Shown piece by piece: positions 46,723-58,278 of a stretch of DNA of 64,000 nt. The number at the start of each line of letters is the position of its first letter. Positions within the stretch are counted from its first letter, which is position 1. This DNA is from Rhynchopus sp. YZ270_cl-10 (lineage: Eukaryota), in the NCBI GenBank assembly GCA_964035575.1, contig OZ037837.1, forward strand, positions 1,240,001-1,304,000. Reading direction: 5' to 3'. The notes below the pieces were generated by a model. That model had not been told where the DNA came from. It saw nothing but the letters and a program-made list of their open reading frames with translations, and ran no database searches. A program made the translations under genes and the position numbers.

Positions 46723-47313
46723 CAGTGCTGACGCTAAGGCCGGCTGGCCGGTCATATAAAAAAAATTTTTTTGACCTTTTTTTTTTCGGCCGAGCCCGGG
46801 CGCGTGCAGAGTTCGGCACTTCACTGATATTTGTACCAGGCACGCGTGGGATCAGTTTACAATAAGAAACGGCGGTCATGGCACCCAAAGGTTCGTGGCG
46901 AAGCCACGGTACGCAACATTTCAAAAAATTGCGCTTAAAATTGCACATTTTTACTGATATACTATGTCAAAGGGAAGGGTGCGTTGGCAAGCTTGCGCCG
47001 CAGGCGCACGGTACGCTACTTTTATTATTTCGCCACGCTGCCTGCTTCCTTTTCCTTCGGCATTTGACCAATTGAGTCGCGTTCTGGCTGTGACGGGGTC
47101 ACTTTGTTCCTGAGGCCATTTCTGGTCACTCTCAGAGGCTCGTGTGAGGTGCCAACTGGGGGGGACTTCCGACCATCCCCTACCCCACCCTGCCCACCCA
47201 CCCAACACCGGTCATATATGACCGGTCATATATGACCGGCATATTTTCAGACTTTTTTTTTCCTTTTTTTTTTTGGTCATATATGACCGGCTTTTTCCTT
47301 AGCGTCAGCACTG
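46723..47313. mobile_element. 591-bp non-autonomous hAT-type element
   Basis: 17-bp TIR CAGTGCTGACGCTAAGG; exact 8-bp TSD ATTGTTAC (46715-46722, 47314-47321); CCGGTCATATATGACCGG subterminal palindromes. Confidence 0.92.
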
Positions 47314-48355
47314 ATTGTTACAAAACTATAACCCGCTCAATGCTGATTGGTGTATTGACATCCCAATCGCAGCAAAATGTGGGAATTTCTCTTTTATTTT
47401 TATTTTAAAATACCGTATCCATCAATGTTGGACTTGGAAAAGGTCCCAAATTCGGCCCAAAAAAAATTACCAAAAAGCCGCAAGATGTTTTCCAGTTCAA
47501 CATTTTTTATGGACACAGTAGTTCTCTAATTACTCGCGTTCTAGTTGCTTTTCCCCTACCTGCCCTTTTTTTTTGTTCAACAAAAATGTTTTTTTATGGA
47601 AAAAAAGGTACCGTGCCCACGTCAATCGATGGTTTCCAGTGTGCGCAAGGATTGCACCGGAAATGATGACCCCGCCTTCCAGCACAGTTTTGATTTTTCC
47701 CTTTGGCGTTTTTTTTTCCTTTTTTCAGAGCCCTGATCGTAAAAACATCGTTCAGGAGTAACTGATACCAGACCGGACCTCGTTTTTTTCTTTTCTTTTC
47801 TTTTTTTTTTTTTTTGCTTTTTTTTTCTTGCGGCTGCTATAGTACTATATAGTAGTCTAAAATCAAACAAAAGTTGTTTTTTTTTTCCCCTGCTTCTTTT
47901 CTATTTTCAACTTCACCCTTTTATTTTTTTTTCTTCTTTTTTTCTTTTCTTTTCTTTTTTTTTCAATTTTTTTTTCTCTTGATGTCTTGCAAACTGTCAC
48001 TTTCCATGGTCCACACCCTGCCTCTTTACGGCAGCACGCTCCGAGAAGAAAATCCCGTGGACAGACAAACACATGGCGGTGAATACACGATGTCGACATA
48101 TATTTGAAACACAAAAAAAAGGCGGGGGGTGACGACATTTTGCTATAGTATCTCCTCACGACGCAAACAAACACAAACCATTTTCAAAACCCCCTCATGG
48201 GGGTATCCGGGTCATTGGCGTATCCGAACTTAAGGGACACAACTGTTCCCCAATTTCACTGCCATTTGATGTTCCTGAAACACCTGTCAAGGAGATGTCA
48301 ATATCGGCCCCCTCCGGAACACCACCACAGTGCACCGTGCCCATTCTTCATGACC

Positions 48356-48465
48356 GAACACAACACAACACTCTGGTTTATTGCTTTTCCTCTTCCATGC
48401 AAAGCGAACACAACACAACACTCTGGTTTATTGCCTTTCCTCTTCCATGCAAAGCGAACACAACG
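48356..48465 (+). repeat. ~50-bp tandem duplication
   Basis: GAACACAACACAACACTCTGGTTTATTGC.TTTCCTCTTCCATGCAAAGC twice plus a partial third copy. Confidence 0.9.
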
Positions 48466-49273
48466 CAACGAAGCAGGATTTGTACAATCGGAGATGGATT
48501 CGTGGGATCCGTTTCGGCAAATCACGTGGTAATCATAATACCGCCCACCTTGGTCGCTTTGTCCATGTGGTGCCACGAAGCTGACAATGGGGGTGGACAG
48601 TGGATGTTCACCAACATGCTGTCGGTCTTGTTAAACAAAGCGTTTCATGAATGAGTTCGCGATGCAAAGGGCTTGTGTATCTTCTGCTTTTTTGTCAGGT
48701 TTCTGCTTCTTTGTGTGGGAGTGTGTAGACACCTCGCGTTTTTCTTGTGTGAGTTCTACGCATTTCTTTAGAGGACCCAACCGGACCCTACACATTACAC
48801 AGGATTCATTTCCCTGTGTTTGCAATGATCCCCGTTCATCTGGTTGATGAGTGGAAAGCGGGAGTAGCATAAGATGTGAACCACGAAAATGGATTGTAGG
48901 ACTGCATGGTTGGGGTGTCCACCCTCCCGGTACCGCCGGTCATACCAAGGTACACTGTTAGAGGGCTTTTGTATTTCAAGTCAACTTTTTTTTTTTTTTT
49001 GTGCAAAATCAACATCACCACCTCCAGGTTATATGTGCGTTTCTTTCCCCCCCCCCTTTTTGGAATATTACACTCTCATCTCTTCTCCATATTCCCCCCT
49101 CCCTTCTCCCCAACACGGCCAAATTTTTTTGATTGAGTTCCCCGAATCTTCACCCCACAACCCCTTATTCTCTCATTGCCTTCCCCCTCCCCCCCTTTCC
49201 CCTCTCTATACCTGATAACTTAGCCTTTCCGTTTTCCCTCCTCCTCCTCCCTTCTTCCCCCCCTCCTTTCCAA

Positions 49274-49960
49274 ATGTCCCTCCGGTCGTGGACAACGGAA
49301 TTAACTGCTCCGTTGATGTCTTCTGGGACACTGTCTGATGCTCATTGGGGTGAGACCAGTTTGACAGCGCATGCAGGAGCTGCAGGGTTCGCCCACAACC
49401 CTCTCGACGCACTGCACAGAACCGAACGCCGCTCCCTCCACGCTTCCACCCTCACAGTACACATTCCTCACGCACACCGCGACAGCACGCTCCCTTACGA
49501 ATCCAATGACACTTCCTACTCTTCGTACGAAACCACAGAGCCGCAGTACAAAGGGTACATCCTGTGCGACTCATGCATCGGATACGAAGCGCAAGACACT
49601 CTCCTCAGCGCCATCATAGAGGAACCAGGTGCCCCATACGAAATGGTAGACACAAGCCGGGGGTATGAGCGGGCTGACAAAGCATGTAAGCCGCAGGTTC
49701 TGCTGTGCGAGGAGGGTGGGGAGGTGGCAGGGTGTGCGGGGGAGCGGGAGGAGGAGGAGGAGGAGGAGGGAGGGGAGGCGTTGAACAGCTCCGACGAAAG
49801 TGTCCTTGGTGCGTCGCTCCCGAGAGGTGTGAACAGCGTGTTTACGACGCTGCCGAAGGACCCCAAGCCTGCAGAGCTGGCGAACGCATTAGCAGAACTT
49901 CTCGGGCCCGCACCCCTAGGGACATTAGCAGTGCCAATGAGCACAGCAGCCTTGCCTTGA
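49274..49960 (+). CDS. Hypothetical acidic protein, 228 aa
   Basis: GC-rich open frame after a long pyrimidine-rich tract; ATG at 49274; poly-Glu; no recognised domain. Confidence 0.55.
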   Translation: MSLRSWTTELTAPLMSSGTLSDAHWGETSLTAHAGAAGFAHNPLDALHRTERRSLHASTLTVHIPHAHRDSTLPYESNDTSYSSYETTEPQYKGYILCDSCIGYEAQDTLLSAIIEEPGAPYEMVDTSRGYERADKACKPQVLLCEEGGEVAGCAGEREEEEEEEGGEALNSSDESVLGASLPRGVNSVFTTLPKDPKPAELANALAELLGPAPLGTLAVPMSTAALP

Positions 49961-51146
49961 CATACTTCTTTTTTTTTTGGATTTAGCGGAGCTTGATGTG
50001 GCCATAGTTGCATACTGCGAGTTTTCCTGGAAGCGCAGGAAAAAAAATGACGGGAGTGTTGGTGGCTTCGTGACGCAACAGAGCCGGCACACTCGTTGAG
50101 TGCCTCACAAAAACCTAAAATTACTTCTTCTTTGCTTTTATTTATTGTCTTCACGCTTTATCGTTGTTGTTGGGTTGGGAAATAAAACAACCGACACGCT
50201 GGAGAGGCCCTGGCCAAGCATGGAGTGTTAGGGGAAGTATATACGCCGCACAGATAGATCAGAGACCCTACCCAATATGTTTTTGATCTGGGGTGAGAGG
50301 AATTGTTTAACACTGCAACCCCTCCCCCCCATTTTTTCGTTTCGATTTTTACCCCCCCCGCCGTTTTTTAGACAACAAAGAAGTGTGTACGTTGAGATTT
50401 GAAAGAGAAAAAAAGAGAAAAAAAAACGATGATGATGACGACCCCAGCCTAACTTAGGTTAGGGTCGGCCGAAGAAACAGTGGAGACAGTGGAGATTGCG
50501 CAACTGTGGCAATTACACTGCTCCAACAATTTATCAGAAAGAAGAAAAAATCATTTCGTACTACGATTTTTAGTAAACCATTGTAACAAAACAAAAACAA
50601 AAAAAAAAAAAACGGGGGCAACAGTATTGGAGTGTACCATTGGTAAGCAATGGTATTTCAATATAGGTGAGTGACGACACCTCCCCTTTTTTTCCAGTTG
50701 TGTGCACGTTTAGGAAAGGCAATTTCCTATTAAGCCCGCCGACTCCATTTTTCTTGGAGCTTCCAGGGACCGTACATGCTCCGTTCCCCAAAGGAATGGT
50801 AAAAAAGTTTTCAAAAAAACAAACAAAAAAATGGGGAAACAAAGGGCTCCCCCTTCAAGGGGCTGTGGTCTGTACAATTTCACCCTACTTTTATTCGTTT
50901 CACTCCCTTCACCCCTTTCACCCCCTTTTCCTCCCCTTTTTAACTTTTTTTTTTTGTACGAATATGCGATACGTCTAGAAAGACGCGTTCTTCGGTTGCC
51001 ATGAATCTTACCGTTTTCCCCTTCCCCCCCTTTTTTGTGCCCCACCTCTCCCCTGTACTTCAGGACGCCGGTTTTCGTCGAATTTTGTTAGGTGCCTTTT
51101 GATTTAAAGTATTTTTTTGCCAAGTCTTTTTGCGTCTACTACCTCA

Positions 51147-52752
51147 GGGGGATCCGTAAATAGACCGGCAACGACCAGACACGTAATTAGTGTGTATAGC
51201 CGGTCTTTAGCCGGTCTTTAGGGTCCGTAAAAAGACCGGCTCTTAAGGATTACCGGCTATAAGGGCCGGTCCTACCCACCCTCGAAAAAGACCGGCAGAC
51301 CGGGTGTTTAAAAAATCGGGTATTTTTTGTGTGTACAATTGTACACACAAAAAATACCCGATTTTTTGGAAAAAACCAAAGGGACCCTTTGGTCGTCGAA
51401 ATTCCCCAGCCAAAATTGGTCGCAAAATCGGCCGATTTTTCAAAAATCTCAAAAAAAAAAAATCCCAAAATTTTTTTTCACAAGTGTTTTTGAGACCTGT
51501 TCACTACACCCTAGGTGCCCTTCTGGGACCAAAAAGTCAAAAAAAGCAAGAATTGAGCTGTTTTGAGCATCTAGAGTTAATTCCCCGGCCATTTTTCTGC
51601 ACCACCAGTGCATTTTGTATGGGCCAGCGCATTGTCAAAAAATCGAAAAATCTCAAAAAAAAATTTTTTTTTTCGGGAAAATTTCGACCCCTGAGTTGGG
51701 TTTTTGGGCACCAATAAGTGCAAAAAAACGCAAAAATCGGGTGTTTTGACGATCTGGGGGTAAACCATATGCATTATGCACCTTATGCATTACTACAGGG
51801 GCCCACAATTTCGACTTTTCCTTAGCAAATTCCGTCACAAATTTTTTTTCGATTTTGGCAAAGGCAAATCTCAGGCAAAAAAAATCACCCCGATAGTGGG
51901 TCCTTGGGTGTCCAAAGATGCCAAAAACACAAAAAAAATGATGTTTTGACCATCGGTGGGCACCTAAAACGCGCTTTTCTGCCCAAAAAATGAATATCGA
52001 TTTTTCCTTAGCGTTCTTATAGCCGTGATTTTTCAGTTTTTTTTCGCAAAGGGTGAAAAAAAAATTCACCGAAAATAGTGTGTCCTTGGGAGACCAAAAA
52101 CGCAAAAAAACGCAAAATTTTGGTGTTTTGACCCTTCAGAAGCACCCAAAACGCACTTTTGTGTACAAAAACACGCATATTTCACATTTCCTTAGCAATT
52201 CCTTTCACAAGTACAAGGCGATTTTTGACCAGACAAAAAAATTTTTATTGCTCAAAAACGGGCGTGGTAGGCACCCGAAGTCATAAAATGGCCCAAAGAA
52301 TCCAAAAAACCTCAGAAATACATGTTCGTGAAAAACATTTGCAAGTCAAAATTCAACCACAATACGGTCATTTTGTGCATACTCTGTGGCTGTAGTGGTT
52401 AGAGAACACGCATGCAGACTGTTGCTTGCAATTTCCAGTGTTGTGTTTATCAATGCATGCATCCAGAGGACCTCTGGTTTACGTAATCGTAGGCACTCCT
52501 GAGCAAAAATGAAGTCGGTTTTTGACCCAAAATCGGGGTGTGTGGGCCCTAATATGCTCCAAATTTGGCCGAAAATTGGGATTTTTCTGAAAATTTCATT
52601 GTGCTCAGCAAAAATCCTTGCTTTTTTGAAGAATTTTCCAAAAAATATGCTATACCCCCTATGACTGGACCCAACTCCCCTCACCCTTTTTTTTTTTTCA
52701 CCCAAAAGGGCCGGAAATTTTACACACTAATACACAAACTTACGGACCCCCC
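51147..52752. mobile_element. 1.6-kb non-autonomous element, PIF/Harbinger-like ends
   Basis: 13-bp TIR GGGGGRTCCGTAA; 3-bp TCA on both sides; AGACCGGC subterminal repeats; shares internal modules with 336-459, 3020-3100 and 11647-13336. Confidence 0.7.
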
Positions 52753-53543
52753 TCAGTAGTGTACTTTTTTGGCCTAAAAAAAGAGGTTTCCTCTTCACTG
52801 CCAAGGTAGTCAGTGGGAGCGTATTGCAGTAATAAAAATATTACAACAGAATATTTATTCCACACTTTGCGCACAAACAAAAGCGTCGTCACTCGACCAC
52901 GTAGTCGACCATGAATGGTTCCTTGACACTCAGTGTTAAGGTTTTTAAGGTTGCTTGGTCACCCCACCCACCACCCACCCACCCTCACAAGGTTTAGTCT
53001 CAAGCATGAGAATAAGGTTCAACGAACGTAATTTTCTGCACATCAAAGCTCTTGACACAATAGTACAGGGAATGATGGTTATTCTGGTGCTAACATCACA
53101 ACGTGGCCCCTTTTTTTCCACCTTCCTTTTGTGTTGTATATCAAGATACTTGACGATAAACAAAACACAATATTTTTTCATTGTTTTCTTTTTATTCATA
53201 TTCCGAAGTTAGTTTCAATTTTTTTTAAAGAATCCATGTTACTGACAGGTTCAGGTAAGTATGTGAATTAGTTTCGCTCTCTCTCTCTTTTATCTTTCTT
53301 TTAATAACCAAAAATTCTCCCATTTAATAACCATTGATTCGCTCACAGCAACAAAAAAAACACTTTCTTAAATACTGGAAACAATCCAGGTGGTAAAAAA
53401 AAAAGTACCCCCTTCAGATCCTCGGCCCCATTCAAACCACCCAATTTTGTCCAGGGAGGTATTTCAGTGCACGCGTTTTATTTTTTTTTTTCTTCTTCTT
53501 TTTTTTCTCTCTCGATAAATTGATAAATTAACGTGTAGTCACC

Positions 53544-53649
53544 CAGTGTTGGTTTAGTACAGCACACCAATTTTAGTACAAGTTTATTACAGTTTAGTAC
53601 AATTTAGTACACCTGTTTTAAACACCCTGTACTAAACCTGCCAACACTG
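53544..53649. mobile_element. 106-bp MITE with TTTAGTACA internal repeats
   Basis: TIR CAGTGTTGG(..TTTAGTACAG); CC on both sides. Confidence 0.7.
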
Positions 53650-53899
53650 CCCCCCCTTCCCCAAAGGTGAACTTCTATAGCTGAGGTTTAGATTCATCTT
53701 GTAACCTTTTTCTTTTAAAAAATGCTATTTCATTTGCGCGAAGTGCAACACCCCCAATTAGAAACGCGAGTTCCCTTTCACAAAGCCCCTTTTGGTGACT
53801 GAGCACAGACTTACTCATCTTATAAACTATTCTTTAAAAAAGATGTGTTGAAGATGGGCGCATTGGGGGTGTCCGATCTTTCCTGTTATTTTTTTTTTT

Positions 53900-54905
53900 A
53901 TTTATTCGTCTTTTTGCGGAGGTCACGTACAATTTCTACAGGGGGCAGTGAAATAAGAATGGCATTATTCAACTCACGTGAAATAAAGTTTTGGTCGTAA
54001 AATAGCCGTAGCGTGAAAATAAGATGCCTTTATTCGTTTTTTATTTTCACTCGAGCCTTATTTCACGCAGAGAAATACGTTGGAGTAGCCGCGAAAACGC
54101 ACTTTATTCACAGTAATATAAAGCTTTTTTTTGCGTGAAAATAAAGTGAAATAAAATCCTTTTATTTTCACGCACTGTTTCCGCTCAGAATACACCACTA
54201 TTTCAGGCCATTTTTGGCTTAAAAAAGTCCAAAAATGAATTATTTTGTGTCAATACAGTGAATACAGCACGTCTGTGACACACAACGCGGATAAGTCGAC
54301 CTGTGTGGGCACAGGTGCGACCGGATTCACTGGCGCAAGCTGTGGCGAGTGTGCTGCGGGCTACATCGGTTACCACAGACGACGTGCACTGCAGCTCGCA
54401 CAGCAGTGCTGTGATACACAACGTGAACAAGACGGAGTGCTCGTGCACGTGCAACGCTCGCTTTGCTGGTGCGACGTGCGACGTGAGACGAGTGTGCTGC
54501 TGGGTTTGCGGGGTACCCGAATTGCACTGAAGCTGCCCAGCACGCACACTCCATTTGTCACCAAAAAAGTGAGATACTATGTGCATAAAAACCACGATTC
54601 TGCCTCAGGACTTTTCCAACTTGCTTTTTGGGCCGTCACAAACACCACCGTAGACAAAACACGTATATTTTTTCATAACACCTACCCTATTTGACTGCCC
54701 CCCTGTAGAAATTGTACTTTGACCTCCGCAAACGCTGAATAAAATATTGTATTCATGTGAAATAAGATTCATATTTCACGCTCCCTGGCCTGGAGACACG
54801 CGTTTCATAATTTTCACTCGCTACGCTCGTGAAAATTAACCCACTTGTGACTCCAGTCCGGGAGCGTGAAATAAAGGGAATCTTATTTCACGTGAATAAA
54901 TAGTT
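53900..54905. mobile_element. Palindrome-rich element with GTGAAATA repeats carrying a Cys-rich gene fragment
   Basis: Inverted repeats 53913-53949 and 54694-54732; long palindrome ~54750-54898 centred on CTCGCTACGCTCG; true ends not resolved. Confidence 0.65.
54270..54500 (+). pseudogene. Frameshifted EGF/laminin-EGF-like repeat fragment
   Basis: NADKSTCVGTGATGFTGASCGECAAGYIGY and NVNKTECSCTCNARFAGATCD in different frames. Confidence 0.6.
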
Positions 54906-57738
54906 ATTTTTCATAAAATCAGGGTATAAGCTTGGATTTTGGATTTTTTCCAGAATTAGGTTTTTTGAATTTTTTTTTTTTTTGGTGGGGTTATAGCAGT
55001 GTCTTATCCAGGAATCCAGATTTTAAGTTTGGGGGGGGGTCAGTTTGTTTTTTTTTCCCAAATTTTTTTTTCAGCACGACCAGGGAACATAGTGAACTGT
55101 ATATTTTTTTTTTTTGCGGAGCAAAAAAAAACAAAAAAAATGGCGCCGCAGGCGAAAATTTTTTTGGGTACGGTGTAAATGTATAGCTTTTTACACCACG
55201 CCGAGGAAACACCTCAAACCCAGCTGAAAAAACTGACCCCCCCCACCGGCCCAAATTTCCGGAGAAAATTTGGGGGGGGTCACTGACCCCCCCCCCCAAC
55301 CGGCCCAAAAAATACACTGGGTTATAGACCAGCCCCGCCGCCAGGATTTTGGGGTTTGAAAAAGTTCTGTTGATGGTCCAAAAAAAAAATTTCGCGCTTC
55401 GCGCGAAAACCCCTGCAAAGCTCCTTCGTCGTGGCCTCCGGCGGAGAGATGCATGTTCCCCAAGCCTGGTCAGAGTTCCTCCGAATCAGCGACATTTGCT
55501 CTTTCCTCTCACCATGCTGTACATTGTACTTTACGGTGGCCGTCCACAAGCCGTAGTGGGTGTCAGCCTTCTTATCAGTAAGCAGCGGTCATGGTACCCA
55601 AAGGTTCCTGGCGAAGCCACGGTACGCAACATTTTTAAAAAATGTTCCCATAAAATGGAACTGCGTTGGTGGGAGCTGCTTGCGCCGCAGGCGCACGGTA
55701 CGCAACTTTTTTTTTTTCCAACACCCGATTTTGACTTTTTTGGGACGTTTGAGCACTCACCTCTCCATATCTTCTTCTCCTGAGATTTTTTGACAAGTAG
55801 AACGGGTCTGAACCACTCAACAGAAGTTTTTTTTTTTTTTTTTTTTCCCCCGAAAAATTTCAGAATTAGGTTTTTGAACCTAATTCTGAGTACCAAGCTT
55901 ATACCCTGATAAAATATCAAGTCAAGACAACATAAAGACAAAAAAAGAGGAGACGACGCACGCTGGTGGACAAAACTCCATCTTTCGATTGAAAAGAGTA
56001 TCTTAATTTTTTTTTTTTCATAAAATATCAAGTCAAGACCTGTCCAGAACTGACCTATTACTCTTTTTTTTAACCACCATGATGGTGTGTGCGGCAGCTT
56101 TTTTTTCTTCCGGTGACATGACACTTGTGACATATCGTAGGAAATCCTTTAGTATGCGCGAAGACGATTCTTGTGCTCCTCATTCTCCCCACACTATATC
56201 AATACAACAGGTTAGACCGTTTGGTCTGGGAGACGTGTGATCTGGGGTGAGGAAGCGTTCCAACTTTTCAACCTCTTCCCCAATTTACCTTTCACGCTTT
56301 TTTACCCTCCCCCCGTTTTAGAATCAACAGAGAGTGTACGTTAAGATTTCTCTCATTTCCCCCCTTGTGTGTCAATTCAACAATAAAGGTGGTCCGACTT
56401 ACCGTGCGTCGATGTAAGGTGAACATCTACAGGCGTTACAGAGTACACATGATTTCTATTACAGAGATCCGGTATAGGAACGGAGTTCGGGAGTGCATCC
56501 TTAATTGTAAGCGAATTAGATAAAACAATAAGCTCGTCATTTCTTTTTCTCGAACAAATTTTATTCTCTACCCCCCAAAAAAACGTAAACACCACTTTTC
56601 AAAAATATTCTCTCCTTTTTTTCCCTTCCACACGCGCTGGTTTTTTTGTATTTCGCTAATTTTTTTTCTCAAAAAGCTTTCCCCCTTTGCCACCCTAGTT
56701 TCGACTGCGAAATGTTTTCTCATGCATTGCACGGAAACAACACGACATATAGGCGCAGGGTGGTTCCGTGCATATCATAGAACCTGGCATCTTGTGTGTC
56801 TCCCAAAAAACCAAAAGCGTTTGTGTGTGAAGTTTTGAAGGGAAAGTAATATCATGCGAGCCATATGTCGAAATACTATTTAAGGGGAATGGAGTGCGGA
56901 GGGGGCAGCCTTAACTGCAAACCATGCGTGATGTGTAGCTAACTTGTAGCACCAAAAACCATTTATCTTTCAGTACTCCAAAACTATGTTTGGCGTAGAA
57001 AAGAAAGGCGTGAACTCCCAAATCCGCTTTATTTGGATGCCAAGTTGTCTTGAAGGATCAAATGCAGACGTGTCCACAACACTTTTGAGTGTAAAATGAA
57101 TGGAACACCACCCCCCGTTTTTGCTTGGAGGCTAGTTTCCATAAAGGAGCGTTAACCAAAAGAGACTCGAAGATAGTGAGTCTAGAAAACTCAAGCAGAG
57201 TTTAAAGCAATCTTTCTTATCCCTTATCTTTTGCAGTTAGCATCAAGCTAAAATGCCTTTTTTCGGGGGGGAAAAAAACAAAAACCAAAGCAATCCAGAG
57301 AGAACCAACCTTTTTTTTTTTTTTTTGGTTTTCAACACTTTTTTCATTAACCTCGTTTTTGCCTGGAGGCTAGTAATCACAAAACCTTTGGTAGATTTGG
57401 TAGCTTTTCACTCTTTTTTTTCTCTCGACAATTTATTTGTTCGGTCTTTTTAATAAACGCATAAAAACGGTGCACAAACTTTTCTTTCTTTTTTGAACCC
57501 ACAAAGAAAACCTAATTTCTCACAAAACCCCCTCCTCCTCCTCTTCCTCTTCCTCCCCCTCTTCTCCCCCCCCACTCTACAAAGGCTAATAGCAGACAAA
57601 AAAAAAAAAATGCTTTTCTCGGCAAAAATTCAAAACATAAAACCAGAGCAAAACAGAGAACCAACTATTTTCCTTTTTCCTTTTTCCTGTTTCCTTTGTT
57701 CTTTTCTCACTACCTATTGACCTGGTGTCCATAAAGCC

Positions 57739-58023
57739 TTATCCGGACTCTCTTCCGCTCCTTCGCTGACTCAGAATAACATAATAAACACCCATTAGTT
57801 CGGGGGTTATTAAGTACTTCAAGCTCTCTGTCCAGTTTGCCGTCAGCCAGGCTAGTCGCTTCTTGCAGTCCTGCCTGTGGCGGGTCACATTCGTGGCGTC
57901 CAGCCACGTCCCGTCGTCGTCGCTGTTCTTCCCGCAGAACAGGCACCGTACTGTGGTCACTATCGTGACCTCGTCCTCCTCATCCACATCGACGTGGCCT
58001 TCGTCTACACCGAGCTGATGCAA
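57739..58023 (-). pseudogene. Possible BED-type zinc-finger fragment (transposase remnant?)
   Basis: VRCLFC...DATNVTRHRQDC resembles the CxxC..TxNxxRHxxxH/C pattern; no catalytic domain seen. Confidence 0.35.
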
Positions 58024-58278
58024 AAGGGCTTCTCTTCAGCAGTCCAGGGGTGTGCTGTAAACTGCGTTCTGAAAAGTAATCTAGAATTCGAAGAGAGAGA
58101 AAAAAACACACCCACGTAGCAAAAGTGGATCTCCTGCGTGCGGCTGTCGAGAGCCTAGGCAGTACACCCACAGGGGTACCTTCTGTTGCTCTTCTTGCCG
58201 TGGGTATCCTCTCGTCACGCCCACATCCTCGTAACACATCTGCAAAAGGGATAAAAAAAAACTTTTTACACTAGTAAG

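Noticed and set aside
40100..57700. Many short Phe/Lys-rich ORFs
   Set aside because: Artefacts of poly(T) and poly(A) tracts in repeats
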